Positions 1-7,250 of a DNA stretch of 16,959 nt are shown piece after piece. This DNA is from Polyangiaceae bacterium. GTDB taxonomy: Bacteria; Myxococcota_A; Polyangia; Polyangiales; Polyangiaceae. The notes below the pieces were generated by a model, which did no database searches, was not told the origin of the DNA, and saw nothing but the letters and a program-made list of their open reading frames with translations. The translations under genes and the position numbers were made by a program. The stretch covers positions 1-16,959 of the forward strand of contig JBGANF010000157.1 in assembly GCA_044222475.1 (NCBI GenBank), read 5' to 3'. Within the stretch, counting starts at the first letter, position 1; each line of letters starts with the position of its first letter.

Positions 1-133
1 CTTCCGCTTCCGCTTCCGCTTCCGCTTCCGCTTCCGCTTCCGCTTCCGCTTCCGCTTCCGCTTCCGCTTCCGCTTCCGCTTCCGCTTCCGAGTCCGCTTC
101 CGCTTCCGAGTCCGCTTCCGCTTCCGCTTCCGC
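1..133. repeat. Hexanucleotide tandem repeat (CTTCCG)n, at least 22 units, truncated by the window start
   Basis: 22 consecutive 6-nt units at 1-132: 20 are CTTCCG and two are AGTCCG (91-96, 109-114). The array runs up to the TAG (134-136) of the minus-strand HAMP gene. Confidence 0.98.
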
Positions 134-802
134 CTACTCCTCGAGCGATCGCTTCATCTCGTCGCGAACGCTGATGATGTTCGCGAGCGACTCGTCGGTC
201 GCGCCGGCTTTCTTCGCCGCCTCGATCCCTGCGTCGAGCTGCGCGATCTCCTTCGCTTGGCGCGACTTGAGGCTCTCCACCATCACCTGGAACGTCTCGA
301 AGAAGTGGACGAGCTCGTCACCTTTGCGCAGCCCGCCGCGGAAGTTGAGCTTCCCCTCCCCCACTTGCTTGAGGAGCCCCTTCATCTTGTAGACCGGGCC
401 CGCGATCTTGTGCGTCGTGTAGATGCCGAGCACGCCGAGGAGGAGAACGAGGAGCGTGAGACCGCCGAGGATGCCGACCAGCGTGTTGCGCTGCCGCGCC
501 GCCATGTTTCGGTCTTGCTCGTCCGCCGCGTCCTTGAACGACTTCAAGAGCTCGGGGTTGTCGGCGTAGACCGGATCGTCGGTGATGTTCTTCGTCGCGA
601 CCTGGGAGACCTTCTTGCTCTCCTCGATGACCTCGAAGCTCGTGCGCACGAGGAACGTACCGAGGATCACGCTGATGACGAGCGCGGCTCCGACGATGAA
701 GCCCGTGTATTTGAACTGAAAGCGCTTGTCGAGGAGGTAGTTTTTGACGCTCCTCTGGTGGCGCCCGGTCTTCTCCGCGGGAGGGGCAGCAGCGGCCGTC
801 AT
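134..802 (-). CDS. HAMP-domain membrane protein with two TM helices and no catalytic output domain (222 aa)
   Basis: N-terminal RSVKNYLLDKRFQFKY, TM1 (GFIVGAALVISVILGTFLV), short periplasmic helix, TM2 (LVGILGGLTLLVLLLGVLGIY), HAMP-like THKIAGPVYKMKGLLKQVGEGKL...LRKGDELVHFFETFQVMVESL, then a short coiled tail. GGGGA precedes the ATG. Confidence 0.85.
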   Translation of the reverse strand: MTAAAAPPAEKTGRHQRSVKNYLLDKRFQFKYTGFIVGAALVISVILGTFLVRTSFEVIEESKKVSQVATKNITDDPVYADNPELLKSFKDAADEQDRNMAARQRNTLVGILGGLTLLVLLLGVLGIYTTHKIAGPVYKMKGLLKQVGEGKLNFRGGLRKGDELVHFFETFQVMVESLKSRQAKEIAQLDAGIEAAKKAGATDESLANIISVRDEMKRSLEE

Positions 803-877
803 GGTGTCCCCACAAAGTTCATGAATTCTCCAAGGAGCTATCGTCCCCCGCGATCGCGCCGAAATCCAGTTTTTTGG

Positions 878-1735
878 TCAGAGATTGGGGACGTTCTTGT
901 CGAAGGTGACGACGAGGCTCGAGGCGACTGCCGTCATCAAGCCGTCCTCGGTGCCGTGATCGCCGGCCTTTGCCCCGCCGGAGCTTCCGTTGCCCGGCAC
1001 GCTCGCGATGATGCTCTTGCCTGGGTACGACGCGATCGACATGTCCATCGAGACGGCGATGCCGGACGACGTGTTGAACGGCTTCACGACCACCGAAAGG
1101 TAAAAGCCCTTCGTCATGTGGCGATCGCCCATGACCTTGCGCGCCGCGTCCGGGGTCTCGACCTTGGGCGCCACCTGGTAGCCCATCTCCTCGAGCTTCG
1201 TTCGAAGCGCGGTGCCGACCACGCGGTCGATCTCGGCTTGGGGCCGACCGGTGTTGTTCGTGATCGGTCCGACCGAAACGTAGACCTTGGCGCCGGGGAT
1301 GTTCTTCGGCGGCGCATCCACACCCGACGGCCCGGACGGCGTGCCCCCGCTCTGACCGGGCGCGGTCTGCAGCGTCTCCACCGCCCGCGTGAGCTGCAAC
1401 TTCACCGAGTCCACCGTCTCGATCGCGAGCCGCGCCTTCACGCACGCGAGCCCCGCGCCTTTGTTGAGACGCTTCAGCGCGGCTGCGGCCGACGAGCGCA
1501 CGACTTCGTTGCCATCGGAGAGCGCGCCGCAGAGCGGCTGGACTGCGCTGTCGTCGTCGGTGGCGCCGAGCGCGAGCGCGGCGTTCGCGCGAACACGGAA
1601 GTCGTCCGCCTTCAAGCGCTCGGCGAGAAACGCCGTGCGGCTGTCGGCGCGCGCGACGTTCGGCGCGAGCGTCGCCAGTGCGAGCGCGAGGCAGAGAAAC
1701 GCGGTCCCCGGAACACGACGCATGGAGGTCTTCAT
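878..1735 (-). CDS. Secreted HEAT/PBS-lyase-like repeat protein (about 285 aa)
   Basis: Start moved from 1855 to the ATG at 1735 (alternative 1723), giving a signal peptide MKTSMRRVPGTAFLCLALALATLAPNVARA. HEAT-like repeats DDFRVRANAALALG and DGNEVVRSSAAAALKRL are followed by a G/S/P linker and an alpha/beta C-terminal domain. Confidence 0.8.
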   Translation of the reverse strand: MKTSMRRVPGTAFLCLALALATLAPNVARADSRTAFLAERLKADDFRVRANAALALGATDDDSAVQPLCGALSDGNEVVRSSAAAALKRLNKGAGLACVKARLAIETVDSVKLQLTRAVETLQTAPGQSGGTPSGPSGVDAPPKNIPGAKVYVSVGPITNNTGRPQAEIDRVVGTALRTKLEEMGYQVAPKVETPDAARKVMGDRHMTKGFYLSVVVKPFNTSSGIAVSMDMSIASYPGKSIIASVPGNGSSGGAKAGDHGTEDGLMTAVASSLVVTFDKNVPNL

Positions 1736-1962
1736 GGTACCACGCGTCGCCACGTTCTTGATCCTCGAGTCGTGACCGGAGACGAGAGAGGAAGGCGCGG
1801 TTCGGCCAGCTGGAGCCCGACCGCCGATCGCCAGCGCGCACACGCTCGCCGGCATCGAGCGCGCGCGCGAATGGGACCAACGGGATGGACGGACGTGGCG
1901 GTCGTCGGCTTCAAACCCGACCTCAAAAAAGTGATGGCGCCGAAGGCCTAGGAGTGCACACG

Positions 1963-3762
1963 ATGTGCGCTCGATTGAGCATCGTTCGCACCCCCAAGAT
2001 GGCCGGTCGGCTTGGCGCCGCGGCCCTCGCGCTCGGCGTCGTCCTCGCGCCGTCGGTCGCGCGGGGTGGCCCGCCTACGCTGCGCGTCCATGGAACGGCC
2101 ACGATCGACGCCCATGCAGCCCGCGACCACGGGACCAGCCTCGTGCTCGACGGGCGGGTGCTCGACGACGGCGCCATCGCCGTCCGCACCACGATTCGAG
2201 TCACCGTGGCTCTCGGCGCAGGCGGGGCGACCGTCGCCCCACATCCGACCACGTGTGGAGCCTCGCCCAAGCCCGTGCCGGTGGAAGGCTCCGAGATCGT
2301 GGTGGCGACCGACGAGGGCGGTCGCTTCTGCGTGACGTTCGAGCTCGAAGCGAAGACGTACCACGTGGTGCTCAGCGCGGCCGAGACCCAGCTGGTGGAC
2401 GGGGCGAAGCGCGATCTCGACGTCGACCTCTCGAAGCGCTCGCTGCGGCTGCGCTTCGATCCGGAGCCGCGCGTGGTCGCGCTCGACGGTAGCCCGCTCC
2501 ACCTCGACGCCGTCGTCACCCGCGACGAAGAGGTCGCAGGCACGCCGCCGTGGGTCGCCGGCGTCGCGCTGACGCTCGCAAGCGAGTCCGGGGATCCGTT
2601 CGCGCGCGCGACCACCGGGCCGGGCGGACGCGCATCGTTCGACGTCGATCGTACCAAATTGGGACACCCGGGTTTCGGCGAGCTCCGACTGCACTTCGAC
2701 GGAGACGCGGACACGATGGCGAGCGATCACCGCGCGCCGGTTCGGCGTGACGCGCGCGTCACCCTGAGCCTCGCGGCGTCGCTCGCTCCGTCCATCCCGG
2801 AGGACGGGATCACGATGGGCATCCTCGCGTCGACCATCCAAGGCGCACCGACCAGCGGCAGCCTCGAAGCCCGCGTCGGCGACGTCGGGGTGGGCGCGGC
2901 ACCACTCGCGGGCACCCGGACCGACATGACCGTCACGTTCGCCTCGGAGGAGACGAGCGGCGTCTACGTGAAGGTGAAGTACGTCCCCGACGCGCCGTAC
3001 TACCTCGCCGGCGACGATCTCACCGTCGCCGTCCCGGTGCGCGGGCCGAGCCCGTGGCGCAAGGCGCCCCTCGTGCTCTGCGCGATCGCGATCGGTGCGT
3101 GGCTGCTGCTCGGCCGGCGCGCGAGGCGGCGCGGCGACACGGCGAAGACGATCGTGATGTCGCGCCCGCCGATCCACGATGGCACCGAGGGGATCGCGGT
3201 GCGGAGCGAGGGATCGCCGAGCGGCCCATGGTTCGGCGTGGTGATCGACGCCCACGACGGCGCGCCCATCCCACGCGTACGCGTGGCGATCGAGTCGCCG
3301 AGCTTCGAGGGCGGAAACGCCGCGAGCGCGTTCACCGACGAGGACGGCAAGTTTCGCATCGCGGTCGCGAAGGCGCCGCCGCCGGGGAGTCGGATCGTGG
3401 CCGAGGGTCCGCTCCACGCCGCGCTCAGGCGCTCGCTCCCGCGCGGGGGCGAGCTCGAGATCGCGCTCGTGGCCCGCAAGCGCCGGATCCTCGAGCGGCT
3501 GGTCGCGTGGGCCAAGCGACGTGGGCCCCCATTCGACCAACGCCCCGAGCCGACCCCGGCGCAAGTGAGGAAAGCCGCCGCCGCCGCCGGTCCGGAGGGT
3601 GCCGCAGCGGCCGAGTGGGCCGACGCGGTCGAACGCGCCGCGTTCGACGACAGCGAAGTCGACGCCCGCGTGGAGGCCGCGATCGAGGATCTCGCACCGC
3701 CGGCACCACCCGCAGCAGGCGATGGAAAGCCTTCGCCGGACGCGAACCATCGTCGTCGTTGA
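1963..3762 (+). CDS. Single-pass membrane protein: signal peptide, Ig-like beta domains, TM helix, carboxypeptidase-regulatory-like domain
   Basis: AGGAG (1950-1954) lies 8 nt before the ATG at 1963 (alternative ATG 1999). Signal-like LGAAALALGVVLAPSVARG, TDEGGRF/TTGPGGRA Ig-like motifs, TM APLVLCAIAIGAWLLLG followed by RRARRR, then GVVIDAHDGAPIPRVRVAI...TDEDGKFRI. Confidence 0.75.
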   Translation: MCARLSIVRTPKMAGRLGAAALALGVVLAPSVARGGPPTLRVHGTATIDAHAARDHGTSLVLDGRVLDDGAIAVRTTIRVTVALGAGGATVAPHPTTCGASPKPVPVEGSEIVVATDEGGRFCVTFELEAKTYHVVLSAAETQLVDGAKRDLDVDLSKRSLRLRFDPEPRVVALDGSPLHLDAVVTRDEEVAGTPPWVAGVALTLASESGDPFARATTGPGGRASFDVDRTKLGHPGFGELRLHFDGDADTMASDHRAPVRRDARVTLSLAASLAPSIPEDGITMGILASTIQGAPTSGSLEARVGDVGVGAAPLAGTRTDMTVTFASEETSGVYVKVKYVPDAPYYLAGDDLTVAVPVRGPSPWRKAPLVLCAIAIGAWLLLGRRARRRGDTAKTIVMSRPPIHDGTEGIAVRSEGSPSGPWFGVVIDAHDGAPIPRVRVAIESPSFEGGNAASAFTDEDGKFRIAVAKAPPPGSRIVAEGPLHAALRRSLPRGGELEIALVARKRRILERLVAWAKRRGPPFDQRPEPTPAQVRKAAAAAGPEGAAAAEWADAVERAAFDDSEVDARVEAAIEDLAPPAPPAAGDGKPSPDANHRRR

Positions 3763-3787
3763 TTCTTCTCGCTGCGGTTCCTAATAT
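3759..3787 (+). promoter_or_regulatory. Sigma70-type promoter for ftsY
   Basis: TTGATT (3759-3764), 17-nt spacer, TAATAT (3782-3787). This is an AT-rich match in a very GC-rich background, about 70 nt upstream of the ftsY start. Confidence 0.6.
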
Positions 3788-3858
3788 CCGCCCCCCGCGC
3801 GGGAGTACTCCACCGTGGCCGGCCATTGGGCCGACCGCCTGCCCGAAGGGCGCACATC

Positions 3859-5133
3859 ATGATGATCGGCCTCTACATCGGCATCGCTCTAATCATCCTC
3901 GCGGGAATCTATTTCGCGTTTCTGCGAAAGAAGCCCGAAGAGCTGCCCCCGGCCGAGCCGAAGAAGGGTGAGCTACCGGCGAAGACGAGCGAGCCCCCGA
4001 AGGCAGCGGCGAAGGCGCCCTCCGAGGCGCCGAAGAAGGCCGAGCCCGCTCCGGCTGCCGAGCCGGCCGCGAAGAAGAAGAGCGAGCCGCCGGCGAAAGC
4101 GAGCGAGCCGGCACCGAAGCCGAAGAGCGCGGCGCCGAGCGCGCCTGCCACGACTGCCGCGGCTCCGCCGTCGTCGAAGAAGGACGTCGAAGGAATCCGC
4201 AAGGGCCTCGCTGCGACGCGAGGCGGGTTCATCGCGCGGCTCAAGGCGATCTTCACCGGCAAGAAGGAGATCGACCCCGCCATCCTCGAGCAGCTCGAAG
4301 AGGTGATGATCTCGAGCGACGTCGGAGTGAAGACGACCCAAGCGATCCTCGCTCGCCTGCGCGACCGCCTGGAGAAGAAGGAGCTCGACGACGCTGCCGC
4401 GGTGTGGGCTGCGCTTCGCTCCGAGGCGAGCCAGATCCTCGGCATCCCCGGTGGCGCGCTTCAAAGCGGCGGCTCGCCGACGGTCGTGTTGATGGTCGGC
4501 GTGAACGGCGTCGGCAAGACGACCACGATCGGCAAGCTCGCGACGCGAGCGAAGGACGACGGCAAGAAGGTGATGCTCGCCGCGGGTGACACCTTCCGCG
4601 CCGCCGCGGTCCAACAGCTCGAGGTGTGGGGCAAGCGCGTCGGCGCCGACGTCGTCAAAGGCAAAGAGGGCGCGGACCCCGGCGCAGTCGCTTTCGACGC
4701 GACGACCAAGGCCAAAGAAGCGAAAGCGGATTTCCTCTTCGTCGACACTGCGGGCCGTCTCCACACGAAGGCGCCGCTAATGGACGAGATCAAGAAGGTC
4801 CGGAAGACGATCAACAAGGCGTACGAGGGCGCTCCGCACGAGACGTGGCTCGTGCTCGACGCGACCACCGGACAGAACGCGCTCACGCAGGCGGCGATGT
4901 TCAAAGACGCCGTCGAGCTCACCGGCCTGGTTCTGACCAAGCTCGACGGCACGGCGAAGGGCGGCGTCGTGCTGGGCATCTGCGACGAGCTGAAGGTGCC
5001 CGTTCGCTACATCGGCCTCGGTGAGCGAGCCGAGGATCTGCGCGAGTTTCACGCGGAAGACTTCGTCGAGGCTCTCTTTGGCCAGGGCGTAGAAGGCCAA
5101 GAAGGCCAAGAAGGCCAAGAAGGCGCGTCTTGA
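3859..5133 (+). CDS. ftsY: Signal recognition particle receptor FtsY with N-terminal TM anchor and Pro/Ala/Lys/Glu-rich linker
   Basis: SRP-GTPase motifs GVNGVGKTTTIGKLA, DTFRAAA, DTAGRLH, LDATTGQN and TKLDGTAKGG, plus N-domain LEEVMISSDVGV. There is no C-terminal M domain, so this is FtsY rather than Ffh. ATGs at 3859 and 3862. Confidence 0.97.
   Translation: MMIGLYIGIALIILAGIYFAFLRKKPEELPPAEPKKGELPAKTSEPPKAAAKAPSEAPKKAEPAPAAEPAAKKKSEPPAKASEPAPKPKSAAPSAPATTAAAPPSSKKDVEGIRKGLAATRGGFIARLKAIFTGKKEIDPAILEQLEEVMISSDVGVKTTQAILARLRDRLEKKELDDAAAVWAALRSEASQILGIPGGALQSGGSPTVVLMVGVNGVGKTTTIGKLATRAKDDGKKVMLAAGDTFRAAAVQQLEVWGKRVGADVVKGKEGADPGAVAFDATTKAKEAKADFLFVDTAGRLHTKAPLMDEIKKVRKTINKAYEGAPHETWLVLDATTGQNALTQAAMFKDAVELTGLVLTKLDGTAKGGVVLGICDELKVPVRYIGLGERAEDLREFHAEDFVEALFGQGVEGQEGQEGQEGAS
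5092..5124 (+). repeat. In-frame 9-bp tandem repeat (GAAGGCCAA)3-GAAGGC encoding EGQEGQEGQEG at the FtsY C-terminus
   Basis: Three perfect units plus a partial unit, ending 6 nt before the stop codon. Confidence 0.9.
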
Positions 5134-5146
5134 ACACGAAATTGAA

Positions 5147-5176
5147 TTGCTTGGGCAGAAGCGAGCATGATAGAGT
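5147..5176 (+). promoter_or_regulatory. Putative sigma70-type promoter of the beta-barrel operon
   Basis: TTGCTT (5147-5152), 18 nt, TAGAGT (5171-5176) with an extended TGn. It lies in an AT-enriched 148-nt intergenic region that has further TANNNT hexamers (TATGCT, TAGCGT) downstream. Confidence 0.45.
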
Positions 5177-5281
5177 CGCGTCCGCTTTAGCTGTACGCCT
5201 GATTCCCCAATTTTTCTCAGCAGTTAGCTATGCTGCTGCGGTTCACGCTCTGGTAGCGTCGGTGGCTCGGAAGGGGTTGCG

Positions 5282-6271
5282 ATGAAGCAAGGTGGCAGGT
5301 GGCTTCTGTTTGCGGCGGCGCTCATGGTGCTGCCTTCTACTGCGCTCGCGCAGAAGGGCGGCAAACCGCCCGCTGGCGGTGGCGCGGCCGCGGGAGGCGG
5401 TGCTCCGGCCGGAGGTGGCGCAGTCGATCTCGACTCCGACACACCTCCGAAGGACACGCCCCCCAAGGACACTCCTCCTCCCGACACGGGTGGTGGTGGT
5501 GGTGGCATCTGCGAGATCGATCCGTCGGCGTGTCCGAAGACGGCGAACCTCACCGACGAAGCGAAGAAGACGGTCAAAGCCGAAATCTACGCGGTCGAGC
5601 AGAACCCGGTCCTCAAGTACCACCGCTTCGAGTTCCGGCCGTACTTCGGCGTGACGCTCAACGACCAGTTCGTGAGCCACAACGGCCCCGGCCTCGATCT
5701 CAACTTCTACATCACGAACGTCTTCGCGATCGGCCTGAACGGCAACTTCTACTCGGGCCTCAACGTCGACTCGGACTTCAACTTCCGCAACCGCCGCGCG
5801 ACGCGTGTCGCCGTGCCGCTGACGGAGTACTCGTGGAGCGCCGCCCTCAACTTCACGTACGTCCCCGTGTACGGAAAGTTCGCCGGGTTCGGCAGCTTCA
5901 TCTTCAGCTACGACATCTACGCGACGGCCGGCGTCGGCGCGTTGTCCGACCGTCCGATCCCCGTCATCGACCCTGACAACCGTCGCTTCGATTACCGGAT
6001 CAACGTCGCGTTCAACGTCGGCATCGGTCTCCGCATCTTCTTCACCAAGTGGCTCGCGTTCAACCTCGAGCTCCGCGACTACATCTTCCCGGAGAAGCTC
6101 GAGAACCTCCGCATCGCGGGCGGTCCGATCGGCAAGCCTGCGGACCCGACCTCGCCGTCGAACCCCGAAACGTGGTTGGCCGACAGCGTCACGATCACCA
6201 ACAACTTCCAAGCCAACATCGGCCTGAGCGTGTTCCTGCCGTTCAGCTTTGACTACAGGCTCCAGAAATGA
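5282..6271 (+). CDS. Myxobacterial outer-membrane beta-barrel protein, GltA/GltB/GltH-like gliding-motility OMP family (329 aa)
   Basis: Signal peptide ending ALA-Q and a G/P-rich linker. Family-type motifs: IYAVEQNPVLKYHRFEFRPYFGVTLNDQF, YVPVYGKFAGFGSFIFSYDIYATAGVG, GIGLRIFFTKWLAFNLELRDYIF. Alternating amphipathic beta strands. Confidence 0.85.
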   Translation: MKQGGRWLLFAAALMVLPSTALAQKGGKPPAGGGAAAGGGAPAGGGAVDLDSDTPPKDTPPKDTPPPDTGGGGGGICEIDPSACPKTANLTDEAKKTVKAEIYAVEQNPVLKYHRFEFRPYFGVTLNDQFVSHNGPGLDLNFYITNVFAIGLNGNFYSGLNVDSDFNFRNRRATRVAVPLTEYSWSAALNFTYVPVYGKFAGFGSFIFSYDIYATAGVGALSDRPIPVIDPDNRRFDYRINVAFNVGIGLRIFFTKWLAFNLELRDYIFPEKLENLRIAGGPIGKPADPTSPSNPETWLADSVTITNNFQANIGLSVFLPFSFDYRLQK

Positions 6272-7137
6272 GCACGCCCATGCGCTACGCAACCATCGCA
6301 GCCGCTGCTCTCGCTCTTGCCGGTACCACCGCCGCGCTCGAGAGTCAGGCATCCGCCCAGGAGATCGTCCTCACCGGCCCGCTCAAGGGGAAGCCGCCGG
6401 TCATCGGGCTTCGCCAGTACCGCGAAGGCCGATTCGAGATCGCCCCGGCGTTCACCTTCACGCTCCTCGACGAGTACCGCCGTACCGTCATCGTCGGCGC
6501 GAAGCTCCAGTACAACTTCACCGACTGGCTCGGCATCGGCCTGTGGGGCGGCTACGGCCTCATCAACTACTCGACCGACCTGACCGACCAGATCAACGAC
6601 GTCGCTCCGCGCAACAACCTCACCGCGACGAACCTGACGCCGAACAAGGGCGACAGCAGCAAGGACTTCAACAACCAGGTCTCGCGGCTCCAGTGGGTCG
6701 TGGCGCCGCAGGTCACGGTCGCCCCGTTCCGCGGCAAGCTCGCGCTGTTCCAAGCTCTCTTCGTCGACACGGAAGCGTACCTCTTCGCAGGCATCGCGTT
6801 CGTCGGTACGTCCGAGCGTGGCGACTGCGGCGACACGAGCAAGGGTCAAGTGGCGTGCAACAACGCCGCGAGCTTCGAGCGCGCCGGCAAGTTCAACGTC
6901 ACCGGGACCTTCGGCCTCGGTCTCACGTTCTTCCTCGCCGACTTCATCAACCTCGGTGTCGAGTACCGCGCGCTCCCGTTCTCGTGGAACCGCGCCGGCT
7001 TCGACTCGCGCGGATCTGGCCCCAACGGCGACTTCCCGGACAACAAGGTCGACAGCGAAGACCGGACCTTCAAGTTCAACCAGATGTTCACCGTCTCGGT
7101 TGGCTTCATGCTCGGCTCGCGCAAGACGTCGAAGTAG
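6268..7137 (+). CDS. Second outer-membrane beta-barrel protein of the same GltA/GltB/GltH-like family (289 aa)
   Basis: ATGA overlap with the upstream stop, and a signal peptide. Motifs YREGRFEIAPAFTFTLLDEY, APFRGKLALFQALFVDTEAYLFAGIAFV and FGLGLTFFLADFINLGVEYRA parallel those of the upstream paralogue. Confidence 0.85.
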   Translation: MSTPMRYATIAAAALALAGTTAALESQASAQEIVLTGPLKGKPPVIGLRQYREGRFEIAPAFTFTLLDEYRRTVIVGAKLQYNFTDWLGIGLWGGYGLINYSTDLTDQINDVAPRNNLTATNLTPNKGDSSKDFNNQVSRLQWVVAPQVTVAPFRGKLALFQALFVDTEAYLFAGIAFVGTSERGDCGDTSKGQVACNNAASFERAGKFNVTGTFGLGLTFFLADFINLGVEYRALPFSWNRAGFDSRGSGPNGDFPDNKVDSEDRTFKFNQMFTVSVGFMLGSRKTSK

Positions 7138-7143
7138 GGGCGT

Positions 7144-7161
7144 TCGGCGCCAAAGCGCCGA
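7144..7161 (+). terminator. Stem-loop downstream of the beta-barrel operon
   Basis: TCGGCGC-CAAA-GCGCCGA, a perfect 7-bp stem starting 7 nt after the TAG. No U-tract. Confidence 0.4.
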
Positions 7162-7228
7162 GACGAGACGGAGACCGAACGGGGGGCTGCCACCCCCCTC
7201 TCCCCCGGCCTGCCTCCCAGCTGCGGAC

Positions 7229-7249
7229 TTCATCCCGAATTGGGATGAA
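7229..7249 (-). terminator. Stem-loop immediately downstream of the HEAT gene, possibly bidirectional
   Basis: TTCATCCC-GAATT-GGGATGAA, a perfect 8-bp inverted repeat separated by 1 nt from the stop codon at 7251-7253. No U-tract. Confidence 0.45.
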
Positions 7250-7250
7250 T

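Noticed and set aside
257..1951. Long antisense/alternative-frame ORFs (also 1948-3750, 6249-8210, 8207-9553, 11849-13777, 14160-15989)
   Set aside because: Typical high-GC shadow ORFs, Arg/Pro/Ala-rich or mirroring the codon pattern of recognisable genes on the other strand, with no motifs of their own.
3763..3858. SRP RNA (ffs) next to ftsY
   Set aside because: Neither flanking intergenic region contains the conserved domain IV sequence (CAGG...GGAA...AGCAG).
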